Below, one piece after another: positions 18,813 to 29,169 of a stretch of DNA of 64,000 nucleotides. How positions within the stretch are numbered: the first letter of the stretch is position 1; each line of letters opens with the position of its first letter. Under the pieces are notes generated by a model that made no database searches, had not been told where the DNA came from, and worked only from the letters and a program-made list of their open reading frames with translations. Both the position numbers and the translations under genes were made by a program. The DNA comes from Haliscomenobacter sp. (lineage in GTDB: Bacteria > Bacteroidota > Bacteroidia > Chitinophagales > Saprospiraceae), in NCBI GenBank assembly GCA_016713275.1, contig JADJPL010000028.1:194278-258277 (forward strand). Reading direction: 5' to 3'.

Positions 18813-21800
18813 CTAGTTGATCACCAACTTCCGGACGCTAGACCGGTTGCCGGCATTGACTTTCACCACATAAATGCCAGTCTGGAGGTTGCTGGCGCTG
18901 GCAGAGAACTCAAAGCGGTACGCGCCAGGGGTATGCTTGCCTGCGCGCAGCAGGCTGATCTGGCGGCCATTGAGGTCAAATACCTGGATGTTCAAATCGG
19001 CGGCTTCTTCCAGTTCCACCGCTACGGCGAATTGATCGCCCGTTGGATTGGGATAGATCTGGAATTGAGGCCCGGCGCCTACGAGTTCTTTCGTGCCAAC
19101 GGGTGTGCCCTGGCCCAGGAAAGGGGTACGGGCAACAGCCAGCGCATAGCTCAGATCCTGTTTCACGCTGCGCTTGGCAACGTCGGCCTGAGTAGCCGAA
19201 GAACTTGGCTCCTGAACGGAAATGAACATATACCGGAAGTCTGGGGTGAAGCTGATACCGGTAGGCTCAGACCCGCGGGGCGGGCTCATGAAGATTTCCA
19301 CTTGCGGGTTGGCGTTGGTGTGGCTGGCGGGAGTAAACCATACGTAATTGTTGCCGCCATCCTGGAGGCTGAACAAATTGCCGCGGTCGTCGAACGCGAG
19401 GTTGTCGATACCGGAACCGAAATCTTCCACCACCACCTTGTCTCCAAGGTTGATGCGGTAGGATTTTCCGCCCAGGAAGGTTTCAAAAGCCGAAACGGTG
19501 GTTCCGTCATCTTTGAAACGGTACACGCGGCTGGCGCCTTTGACGGCAAAGTAGATCAAGTTGTTGATCGGACTGATTTCCACGTCTTCGATGCCAGCAA
19601 ATTTCGTGGCGCCAAGGGCAAGGGCGGACTTTTTAGAGTCGCTGCGTTCTTGGGGGGTGGTATTGGGTACAAGCACCCATGTTCCTGTAGTTCCAGCGGG
19701 ATCGCCGCCGTTGTATGCAAAGTCGAGCTTGAGGGCATACAATTTACCCGAGCTAAGATCGCCTGCCTTATCCGCTACAAACTTGTACACGCTACCGTCG
19801 CCATCGTCTTCGCCATAGTAAACGATGCGCCAGTCTTTGGGGTCGACCACAACGTTTTCGTGGCTGCAACGGCCCAGCGCCCACAGTTTCTGGGCTTTAC
19901 CCGTACCGTACTCCTTAATCTTGGCCGTAACCGGATCGATTTCTACGCACCAGCCGATGTCGAGGTACCCGTCTCCATTGGTGTCGGTGTTGTTGCCGTA
20001 GTCTTCTTCGCAAGTGATGATCGTATTCCAGGGAGTGACCGTTCCGGAGCAATTGCGCACGGTTCCGGCAACGGCGGAGAAGTCGACTGCCTGGGAGGAA
20101 TCGACTACCCAGAGCCCTGACGTTTCGTTGTAGCGGACCTTCAGCATAGAAACGCCGCCTGGGTCGGTTTCGTGGTTGATGGAGAGGTATCCTTCCTTGC
20201 TGCTGCCATTTTTGGGGACATAGCCGGTGAAGTCGTAGTTACTTCCTGTGCCTCCGGCGCCCGAGGTGTATTTATCGCCTTCCACAGAAACAAACTGGAA
20301 AACGTGGGACGAAACCGGCACGCGCAGGGTATCGTTCTGGGTGGTAGGAATAATCGACGTAAAGCAAGAAATGTGCATGTCGTTGGGCGCGGAACAACCA
20401 ACAGCAGGCGCGTTGGTCAGGAACTGGCGTTCGCGGATGAAGAGGTCAAAGAATAGGTCCTCGTCGTTCGCGACGGGTTGATGCACGCGGACGGCAACAA
20501 CGTTCTCCCCTGCTGTGAAAGCCGATTTGGGCACTTCGAACAAGAAGTAAGGCTTTTCTTCGTTACCGGTCACCGTTCGGGAAGCTGCCGTCGATTGCTG
20601 GATGGCGCCGGCGGGCATATTGGTGCGGAACTGCTCTACGCCGTTGATATAGAGGGCGGCGCCGTCGTCGGCACGGAGGTGGAACTCGAGCGTGTCTTTC
20701 AACGAAGCCAGGCTATCCACAGTGATCCGTTTGCGGAAATAATGAGAAACGGGGCCTTTGGCAACGGTAGTAGCGATCCCTGTTTCGCCGTATCCAAGCG
20801 GAGCAGGGCCAAAAGGCCAGGAATTGTCTACAAACCCAGGTTTTGCCCAAGCCGTGTCCACCGGTGTGGACCCGTCGAAGTACGACCAGGAGTCGCCTTT
20901 TACCACCGGGTATTTCGTCACAGGATTACCCACTGAACCCGTGTCTTGACCGCCGGAATAGTATTCGATGATCAGCTTGGGCGCTTTGGCTTTTTCGTCG
21001 TCAGCGGATTCTGCTTCTCTGGTACCCACGCCTTTAATGAAGAAGGCCATGGCGTTGCCTGACTTCCAGGCGTCGCGGTCGAGAAGCGCTTGCACCAAAC
21101 CGGTGATGTTGGGCGTACGCTGGTCTGGGCCGGCTACGCCCGCCGTTTTCCAGGTCCCATCGGGGATTTTCCAGAAAATGGAGTCCTTAAGCTGAGGCCG
21201 GGAAGAGATGTTGAACAGGGTGTCGGGGCTAAAAGTCAGCGGGTTGTCCGAATCCTGTGCATAAATATATAGCTCAGAAGGGTCTGTGTTTTTGCTGATG
21301 GCATCGACCGTAAACTGAATATAAGCGTTCTTCACCTTGGCGCCTTTCGACAGGCCGATATTGGTGAAGCGGATACCTACCAACTGCGGATCTTTGTTGT
21401 TGGCCGCTTCGGAGCCGAGTTCCAGGTCGGAGCTGCCCGAATCCATAGATCCCAGGGTTTTGGTCTGGTTGGCGCCGGGGATGTATTCTTCCAGGTCGTC
21501 GTTGCCGGTTGCCATCTGTGTGGCATTAAGGAGCTGACATTGATGTATTCCACCACGAGAAGCGGGGCTTTTTGCGGTTCATCGTCGGCGGAATCGGCTT
21601 CCCGGGTACCATTTCCTTTAATGAAAAAGGCCATGGCATTGCCTGCTTTCCAGCCTTCGCGGTTTATCAAAGCCTGGAGCAGGCTGGCGATATTGGGCGT
21701 ACGCTGGTCGGGGCCGGCTACATTTGCCGTTTTCCAGGTGCCATCGGGAATCTTCCAGAAAATGGAATCCTTGAGCTGAGGCCTGGAGGAAATGTTGAAC

Positions 21801-22767
21801 AGCGTATCCGGGCTGAACGTCAGAGGGTTGTCTGAATCCTGAGCGTAGATATAGAGTTCCGAAGGATCCGTATTTTTGCTAACGGCATCCACCGTAAACT
21901 GAATGTAGGCGTTGCGGATCAGAGCGCCTTGGGGAATATTGAGGTCGGTAAAGCGAATCCCCACCAATTGAGGGTCTTTGTTGTTGGCTGCTTCGGAGCC
22001 GAGTTCCAGGTCGGAGCTGCCGGCATCCATTGATCCCAGGGTTTTGGTTTGGTTGGCGCCGGGGATGTATTCTTCCAGGTCGTCGTTGCCGGAAGCGACG
22101 CGGGAGGAAAGGCTGGAAGCGGGGACGTATTCAATGACCAACATCGGCGCTTTGGCCGCTTCGTCGTCAGCGGCATCTACTTCGCGGGTGCCTATTCCCT
22201 TTATAAAGAAAGCCATGGCATTGCCGTCGGCCCACCCGTTGCGATCAACGAGGGCCTGCACCAGGCGGGAAAGGTCCGGCGTACGCTGATCTGGTCCAGC
22301 CACGTTCGCTGTTTTCCATGTCCCATCGGGGATTTTCCAGAAGATGGAGTCCTTCAACTGCGGGCGCGAGGAAAGGTTAAACAGGGTGTCGGGACTGAAC
22401 GTGAGGGGGTTGTCGGCATCTTGCGCATAAATGTAAAGTTCCGACGGGTCGGTGTTTTTACTGACGGCATCCACGGTAAACTGGATGTAGGCCCGGGTAA
22501 TCAGCGCCCCTTTGGGATAGAAATTCCCGTAAATCGGATCCCCACCAATTGGGGGTCTTTGTTGTTGGCCGCTTCGGAGCCGAGTTCCAGGTCGGAACTG
22601 CCGGCATCCATCGATCCAAGCGTCTTGGTCTGGTTTGGGCCTGGGATGTACTCTTCCAGGTCGTCGTTCCCAGTGGCGACGCGTACGCTGATCGTCTTCT
22701 GCGCAGACAGGGTAAGCCCTGTGCCCAGCAAAAGAAGCAGCCATAAATGGGTAAAACATGTTCTCAT
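18813..22767 (-). pseudogene. Large T9SS-secreted PhoX/DUF839-like protein with three N-terminal ~194 aa tandem repeats; reading frame broken twice
   Basis: Three ORFs (22501-22791, 21377-22759, 18813-21515) join into one ~1317 aa protein. It has a signal peptide (MRTCFTHLWLLLLLGTGLTLSAQ) and 3 copies of a GNDDLEEYIPG...SSDLELGSEAANNKDPQLVGIRF...AYIQFTVDA... module. These are followed by a beta-propeller PhoX-like region (RNCSGTVTPWNTIITCEED) and a T9SS C-terminal domain (IYPNPTGDQF...VVKV). The frame breaks lie at 22507-22510 and within 21516-21544. Confidence 0.8.
20925..22680. repeat. Three tandem ~582-585 bp coding repeats inside the T9SS protein gene
   Basis: The GGCAACGACGAC (GNDD) landmark recurs at 22671, 22090 and 21506 on the minus strand. 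Long stretches are identical at nucleotide level between units. Confidence 0.85.
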
Positions 22768-22860
22768 GTGCAACGTTTTGATTTTACACAAAGCAAGAGA
22801 ACAAATGTTATCTGGAAATTAGCAGAAGGTTAAGAGATGCCTTGTTCTGTGAATTGAACA

Positions 22861-24925
22861 TTAAATAAACAGATGATCCGGACTATCTTCCGTCCATTCC
22901 GGATTGATCGGCGGGTAAATCAGCAGATAGCTCGATTGGGGAAGGTATTCGTCGAGGTGCTTTGAGATCCCCTCCAGGGCAGGCAAGTGGGACAAATCGC
23001 CCTCCCTTGGTGAAACCAGCACGATCAGGTCGTTGGCCTGAAAGGAAGGCGTGAGCTCTTCAAAATGTTTCCAGTCGCGGAACGCCTTGAATTCAAAGGC
23101 GCCGCCGAGTTTTGTATTTTTGGATTTGGGACCGGAGGAACTCAAACGTAGCCTCCTCTCCGTAACAAACGACCTTTCTGCTCAGCGTGCCGGAAAGGCG
23201 GGCTATTTTTTCTACCCAATGCCCGAACCCATATTCCAGCTCGCAAAAGGAAGGGCAAAAAACCCGGATTGTGCCGGTCTGATGGATAGGCTGAGCAAGG
23301 CGATAAATCCAGACGGCCTGCCGGCTCATTTCGACGATATTCTGGTTGGTTTTTCCAAAGATCAGTTGCATGAGATTCGCTTTGGCGCTATGGCCAAGGA
23401 CGATATCGGTAGCGTCTGCTTCAAAAGCTACCCTTCGGATTCCGTTGGCCGCGTTCTGGTCGATGGTGGAAATGATTTCAATCGTCTGGCCGGATGCGGC
23501 GGCGTGGGCCAGCGCTTTGTCCAGCAGTTTTCGGGCCTCCGCCAGTTTTTCCCGGGCTTCCATATCATCCATCACCACCGACAGGCCCGTGATGGGGCGC
23601 TTGTTTTTAGGCTTTTTCAACATCAGGGCCAGATCGATAAGCCCTTCCATGGTTTCCGGATTGGCTATCGGAACCAGGAGGCTTTCTTCCGGCGCAGCCG
23701 TGGCGGAGTTACCATGTAAGGCCTCGGCCAGAGCTACTTTTTTTCCGTAATGTTCGGTCACAAAAGAGGCGACCATGCAGGTGACCAGGATAAGGAGGAC
23801 CGTTCCGTTTAGGATGTTTTCGTCGATGATCCCCAGGCGAAACCCCACCATGATGATGGCCAGGGTGGCGGCCGCGTGGGAACTGCTCAAGCCAAAAATC
23901 AACTGCCGCTCGGCGGACGAATACCCGAAAACCCAGGAAGTCACTCCGGCTGCCACCCATTTTCCTGCCAGGGCCACCGTAGTTAATGCGGCGGCAACAA
24001 TCAGCGCCTTCGGACCCTGGGTCAGTACCCCCAGGTTGATAATCATCCCGACGCTGATGAGGAAAATGGGGATAAAGAGCGCATTGCCTACAAACTCGAT
24101 CCGGTTCATCAGGGGCGAGGTGTGTGGGATGAGGCGGTTTAGCGCAAGGCCGGCTGCAAACGCGCCGATGATCGGTTCCAGGCCAGCCAGTTCGGACAGA
24201 AACGCCACGAAGAAAACCGTCGCCAGCACAAAAATGTATTGCGCATAGGGTTCCGATCCCGCCGATTTCAAAAACCACCGGGCAAAACGGGGAACCCCAA
24301 ACAGGACAATCACCAGAAAGAAGGGGGCAGAAATCAGCAGCCCTTTCCATATTTCCCAACTGGAATGCCCCTGCGCGGAAGCCGTAATTACCGGCAACAG
24401 CAGCAGCACCGCCGTGTCGGTAATGATCGTGCCGCCAACCGTGAGGGCAACACTCTCGTGTTTGACAATTCCAAGCCGGCTGGCAATGGGATAGGCTACC
24501 AGCGTATGCGTGGAAAACATGCCTGCGGTCAGCAGGCTGGTCTCCAGCGAATAGCCAAGCAGGTAATAACATACCGGAAGCCCGATGGCCAAAGGAATCA
24601 GGAAGGTCAATCCCCCAAACACGGCGCTTTTATGCCTGTTTTTTCGGAACTCGATCAGGTCCAGTTCCAACCCCGCCACAAACATGATGTAGAGCAGGCC
24701 AATGGTGGCAAAAAGATCTACGGCTACGGTTTTGTCGAGGATATGAAACCCGTGTGGGCCAATGACGATACCGGAAATTATCAACCCGATAATACCGGGT
24801 ATACCGACTCGGCGCAACGCCAGCGGAACGGCTAAAACGATAAAAAGGAGCAACGCGAAGACCAGCACTCCGTTGGTAAAAGGAAGGTGAAACGCCTCCT
24901 GAACTCGCTCCCAGATCGCCTGCAT
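22861..24925 (-). pseudogene. Cation:proton antiporter (CPA2 family) with two C-terminal USP-like domains; probable single-base frameshift near the 3' end
   Basis: A 610 aa ORF (23093-24925) has about 12 TM helices. The 94 aa ORF (22861-23145, TTG-initiated in the track) continues the second USP-like domain in another frame (..QIQKYK / KLGGAFEFKAFRDW..DLIVLVSPREG). The overlap zone carries T4 and T5 runs at 23110-23121. Confidence 0.7.
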
Positions 24926-25010
24926 AATTAGACTTTAGACAACAGATGTTAAACGTTGGAGGACACAAATAGCTAGATACTGGTCCGGAAATCCAGCCGC
25001 TGTTTCCGTA

Positions 25011-25936
25011 TCAATTAGACTGAGGTTCCAGCAACTGGAAGAACTGATCGAGGTTCGGCAGAATGACGATCTCCGTCCTGCGGTTGGTCCGCTTCCCATC
25101 TTCGGTGGCGTTGGTCGCCTTGGGGCGGTACTCCGAACATCCGCCTGCCGTCATGCGTTTGGGATCCACCGCATACTTTTTTGAAGGGTCCGGACGACGG
25201 AGGTGGCGCGTTTGGCGCTCAGGTCCCAGTTATCCGCCATGCAGGCATTCGCAATCGGCACACTGTCGGTGTGGCCTTCGACCAGGATATCGAGCTCTTT
25301 GTAGTCATTGACCACCTTGGCGATTTTACTCAGCACACTTTCCGCCTGAGCGCTGATTTCCGCGCTGCCCGAACGGAAGAGCATCCGGTCGGAAAGGGAA
25401 ATGTACACCACGCCTTTGCGCACTTCGACGGTCACGTCTTCATCGTTGACGTCGGCCAGGGAGCGTTTCAGGTTCATCACCAGATTGAGCGCGAGGGAAT
25501 CCTTTCGCTGAATGGCCGTGGTCAGATCCTTGATGTATTTACTCTGTTCGTTAATGGCCTCCAGCGATTTTTTGATGTTTTCCGCGCCGGTCTTGCTGAC
25601 AACCGACAAGTCTGCCAAGCGGTCGAGCAGATTGGCGTTATTGGTCTTGAAATATTCGAGTTGCTGTTCGATCAGCGCGTACTTGTTGCGCTCGTTTTGC
25701 AGTTCGGTATTCCGGGTAATGAGTTCGTTTTCCTTCTCCCGGAGCATGGCTCGCAAGCCGTTGATCTCGTTTTGCAGGAGGGATTTGTCTTTATCGCAAT
25801 TTTCAGCGGCTATTTTATACCGCTCCAGTTCCAGTTTCAGCTCGTCTCTGGAACCCTGCATGGCGATAAATTCTTTTTTGCTCACGCAGGAAGAAAAAAG
25901 GAAGAGGGATAAGGCAAAAAACAGGATCGGTTTCAT
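25011..25936 (-). pseudogene. OmpA-family lipoprotein with coiled-coil N-terminal region; frameshifted in a homopolymer
   Basis: Lipoprotein signal MKPILFFALSLFLFSSC and OmpA motif EGHTDSVP...NWDLSAKRATSVV. The ORF stops at 25151. Adding one base to the T6 run at 25177-25182 restores the canonical C-terminus KKYAVDPKRMTAGG.SEYRP...RRTEIVILPN, ending at 25011. Confidence 0.8.
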
Positions 25937-26250
25937 AAGCGTTCGGTTTTCTCTTAGCAATAAAAAAAGGAGGTAGTTTTTATCTGGCGTACTACCATAA
26001 CAACGGATCAATGAACGGTTTGGGTCGAAAAAAACCGGAAAAAAGGTTTGGTTTATTCCGATGAGAACGCCCTTTGCGACAACGTTCTAGCGGCATACCC
26101 CCAAAATAAAGTGGTTTTGAGGATTTAAAAAAACCATGCCACTTTATTTTAGGTCTTTCTAAAATATAACAGATTTGAGGTTAATATAGTCGTTTTCTTT
26201 GGTATTTTAGGTATCCCATTTCTCTTGAAAAAAACAAAACCACCGATACC

Positions 26251-26790
26251 ATGACCCGAGCCGAAGCCCATCGCATCCTGACCGAAATGACGGAAACTCC
26301 CTCCCTGCTGCGCCATGCCCGGTGTGTGGAACTCGTTATGGAGGCCCTAGCCCGCCATTTTGGCGAAAAGGAAGAAATCTATGCGGTGACCGGACTGCTT
26401 CACGACGCCGATTACGATAAGTATCCCGACCGGCACCCGCATTTGATTGTAGAGAAGCTGGAGGCCATGGGCGAAACGGACATCGCCTATGCGATCAAAG
26501 GGCATTACACCAAATGGAATGTGGAGCGTCGAAGCCTCCTGGACAAGTGCATTGTCGCCGCAGACGAACTGACCGGCTTTATCTATGCCGCCGCGCTCAT
26601 CCGCCCCACCAAAATTGAGGGCCTTACCGCGGAATCGGTAATCAAAAAGCTGAAGACCAAATCCTTCGCCGCCAGCGTCGACCGCGAGGAAGTGACCAAA
26701 GGGGCGGAACTGATCGGTTGGGATATGCCGGAACTGATCCGGTTTATTATCCAGGTGCTGGAGGCCAACCGGGAGGAGCTGGAGTTGTAA
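26251..26790 (+). CDS. HD-domain metal-dependent phosphohydrolase
   Basis: 179 aa with the HD signature (LLHDADYDKYPDRHP). Confidence 0.7.
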   Translation: MTRAEAHRILTEMTETPSLLRHARCVELVMEALARHFGEKEEIYAVTGLLHDADYDKYPDRHPHLIVEKLEAMGETDIAYAIKGHYTKWNVERRSLLDKCIVAADELTGFIYAAALIRPTKIEGLTAESVIKKLKTKSFAASVDREEVTKGAELIGWDMPELIRFIIQVLEANREELEL

Positions 26791-26846
26791 ACGCCGGTTG
26801 GCCTGGTGCGAGAATCCCTGGCAGGGAGTAACGAAAGCCCCCGAAA

Positions 26847-28811
26847 TTACTGCAACAGCCAGCGTGCCAACTGTACCGCGAGGGCGTAGTTTTGATAGTC
26901 CCCGGGGAGTTTCCTGCCGTTGACATACTCGTTGTAAAGCCAGGGATCGCCAATGACAAAAACCTTTCCTTTTCCGTAGGAGGCGGTGGCCATAACTATT
27001 TCGCGATCTTTTACCGCAACGGCCTGAGCGCCTTTACCCAGCTTTAACGTCGCAAGTTCTTTGACGAAGGCCTTTTCTCCGCCTCCAAACACCGGGTTTT
27101 TTGCCGCAATAACCACATCGCCTTCGGGAAAATGGTCGTTTTTGACGAAATTGAGGTTGCGATCAGTAAAGGAGATTCCAAATGCCTTGATCAGGGCATT
27201 GGAATAGGCCAGGTCGGCATTGGCCGAATCGTTCGCCATAAACAAGAGCGTTCCCCCGTTTTTGACCCATTCGGATAAAACGGATACGTCGTTGCTTGTC
27301 AGGTAATTAGGGCGCGGATTGTCTTTTAAGTTATCCGGATCGACGATAATATAGGCCTTGGCGCCTTGCAGATTCTGCGGGGTAGGCGCGACATCCAGGC
27401 TCGCCAACCTGGCGCCGTGATCCCGGAAGATCGTTCCCAGCCAGGAAAATCCGCTATCAAATTTATCTTCCCAGATGTAGTGGTATCGCTTGCCGTCCCG
27501 GTATTCGCTGTTAAAATATCGGTCCAGTAAGACGGTTTTGCCGCGCCCGGCTGCCTGCTGCGCCAGCAGCGAATATTCTACAGCCGCCTGCATAAAAGGA
27601 CCAATGGCTTTGAGGTCGTCGTCGCGTTTGGGTTCGGAGACGTAGTACGTGTAGGAGCCGTCCCGGTAGGGGTCGCCGCCCAGTCCGGCGCCGGATACGG
27701 CGCGGTTGAGGTGGTACCCTCCAAGGCTGTCCCGGGTAATAAATTCCTTCAGGATCCCATCGTAGCCCTTCTGCGCAGCAGGCAGGAAAGACTCGGGCAG
27801 GTATCCCAGGCGCACTCCTTTAAGCATGGCCGCGACGAACATGGAGGACCCGGAGCTTTCCAGGTAGTTGTCTTTTTGAAATGCTTTGTTGGTGATTTGC
27901 CACCAGACACCGGACTGCGGATCCTGGAACCGCAGCAGGGAAGCGGCGAGATCATTAAAGATCTGCACCAGTTGAGGCTGTTTGGGGTGGGTCGCGGGGA
28001 AAAGTTCCAGCACGTCAATTAATCCGAGCAGGTACCAACCCATCGCGCGGCTCCAAAACTCAGGCGATTGGCCGGTTTCAGGATTGGCCCATCGCTGCAC
28101 CCGGCTTTCGTCAAACCCATGGTACATCAGTCCGGTCTGAGGATCTTTGGCCCCGTTGGCCATCCAGATAAACTGGTTTGCGATATCATCCCATTCGTTT
28201 TGGGTATCCGTCAGGTGCAGGAATTCGCAGCGGAAAGGCTGTCCCATATACAGGCCATCGAGCCACATCTGGTAGGGATACTTGAGTTTGTGCCAGTATC
28301 CGCCCTGCCGGGTACGGGGCTGCCAGTCGAGTTGGTATTTCAGGGTTTTGGCCGCTTTCAGGTATTTGGAATCCCTGTACACGTAGTAAAGGGAGATGAG
28401 TTGCCTGCCCGGAGGAATGTTATCGATATTAAATTCCTCCATCACGTAGGTCTTGATGTTTCCCTGAGAATCCAGAAAATGGTCAATGATCTTTTTCGTG
28501 TATTGCAAATAGCGGGGATCGCCGGTGGAGCGCCAAAGCCGGTCAAACCCCATGAGCACGACGCCGATTTCATAGTTCCAGTTGGCCGGTCGGCGGTTCG
28601 CCTGTTCCAGATCGTCGGTCGAAGCGCCTTCCTGCAGGAGTTTGTCCTGAAGGAGGTGCATAATATACTTTTTCACCACGAGGGAGTCGGGGTACTGTCG
28701 CATAATCGTTTCAGCCATGTTTGCCGCCATGGAAACCTGAGCATGACTGTGCAGGGGAGTTGCAGCAAGCAGGCAAAGGAAGAAGAAGCGAAGGACGGAA
28801 GTGCGAACCAT
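26847..28811 (-). CDS. GH105-like unsaturated rhamnogalacturonyl/glucuronyl hydrolase fused to a C-terminal ThuA/DUF4350-like domain
   Basis: Signal peptide from the Met at 28811. YteR-type motifs (QMWLDGLYMGQPF, WSRAMGWYLLGL). A ~230 aa C-terminal extension has a glutamine-amidotransferase-like fold pattern. Confidence 0.7.
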   Translation of the reverse strand: MVRTSVLRFFFLCLLAATPLHSHAQVSMAANMAETIMRQYPDSLVVKKYIMHLLQDKLLQEGASTDDLEQANRRPANWNYEIGVVLMGFDRLWRSTGDPRYLQYTKKIIDHFLDSQGNIKTYVMEEFNIDNIPPGRQLISLYYVYRDSKYLKAAKTLKYQLDWQPRTRQGGYWHKLKYPYQMWLDGLYMGQPFRCEFLHLTDTQNEWDDIANQFIWMANGAKDPQTGLMYHGFDESRVQRWANPETGQSPEFWSRAMGWYLLGLIDVLELFPATHPKQPQLVQIFNDLAASLLRFQDPQSGVWWQITNKAFQKDNYLESSGSSMFVAAMLKGVRLGYLPESFLPAAQKGYDGILKEFITRDSLGGYHLNRAVSGAGLGGDPYRDGSYTYYVSEPKRDDDLKAIGPFMQAAVEYSLLAQQAAGRGKTVLLDRYFNSEYRDGKRYHYIWEDKFDSGFSWLGTIFRDHGARLASLDVAPTPQNLQGAKAYIIVDPDNLKDNPRPNYLTSNDVSVLSEWVKNGGTLLFMANDSANADLAYSNALIKAFGISFTDRNLNFVKNDHFPEGDVVIAAKNPVFGGGEKAFVKELATLKLGKGAQAVAVKDREIVMATASYGKGKVFVIGDPWLYNEYVNGRKLPGDYQNYALAVQLARWLLQ

Positions 28812-28930
28812 ATTCTTTGATGTTAACAGGGAATGAACTATTTCCGGCAAGAAAAAAGGTTTTGGACCAGTTTCGGGAGCAGGAAGCGCCAGATGGCCTA
28901 TAGCTGCAAAAGTAGGGTTTTGCCTTTATA

Positions 28931-29091
28931 CAGGGGCTGCCTCAAAAGACCGTTCTTTGCTACCGGCGTGAGATTTTATTTTCTTTTTTCAATTCTTTTA
29001 AAAAATTGCAAAGCAATTTTTTAAAAGAATTGAAAAAAGAAAATATTTTTTGGCAGCCCGGGGCGAAAACGGTCTTTTGAGACAGCCCCTG
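28931..29091. repeat. MITE-like nested palindromic element, copy 2 (best preserved termini)
   Basis: Outer inverted repeat CAGGGGCTGCCTCAAAAGACCGTT / AACGGTCTTTTGAGACAGCCCCTG (1 mismatch). Inner palindrome ATTTTATTTTCTTTTTTCAATTCTTTTAAAAAATTGC / GCAATTTTTTAAAAGAATTGAAAAAAGAAAATAT. Confidence 0.9.
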
Positions 29092-29169
29092 TTTATTGGC
29101 TGCCGCTGCTAAAGCCATCTTATGAAACAGCCCCAAGAGAAAAAAGTATGCCCCGGGGCTGAGAACGGA

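Noticed and set aside
20925-22680. Diversity-generating retroelement or template/variable repeat pair in the T9SS gene.
   Set aside because: The three units are in-frame tandem domain copies and their differences are not adenine-specific. No reverse transcriptase or accessory gene is nearby.
26103-26150. Hairpin AAAATAAAGTGG...CCACTTTATTTT in the ompA / HD-gene divergent spacer as a regulatory element.
   Set aside because: It is a single AT-rich stem with a large loop in a promoter region, with no second copy or associated motif. Evidence is insufficient for more than a note.
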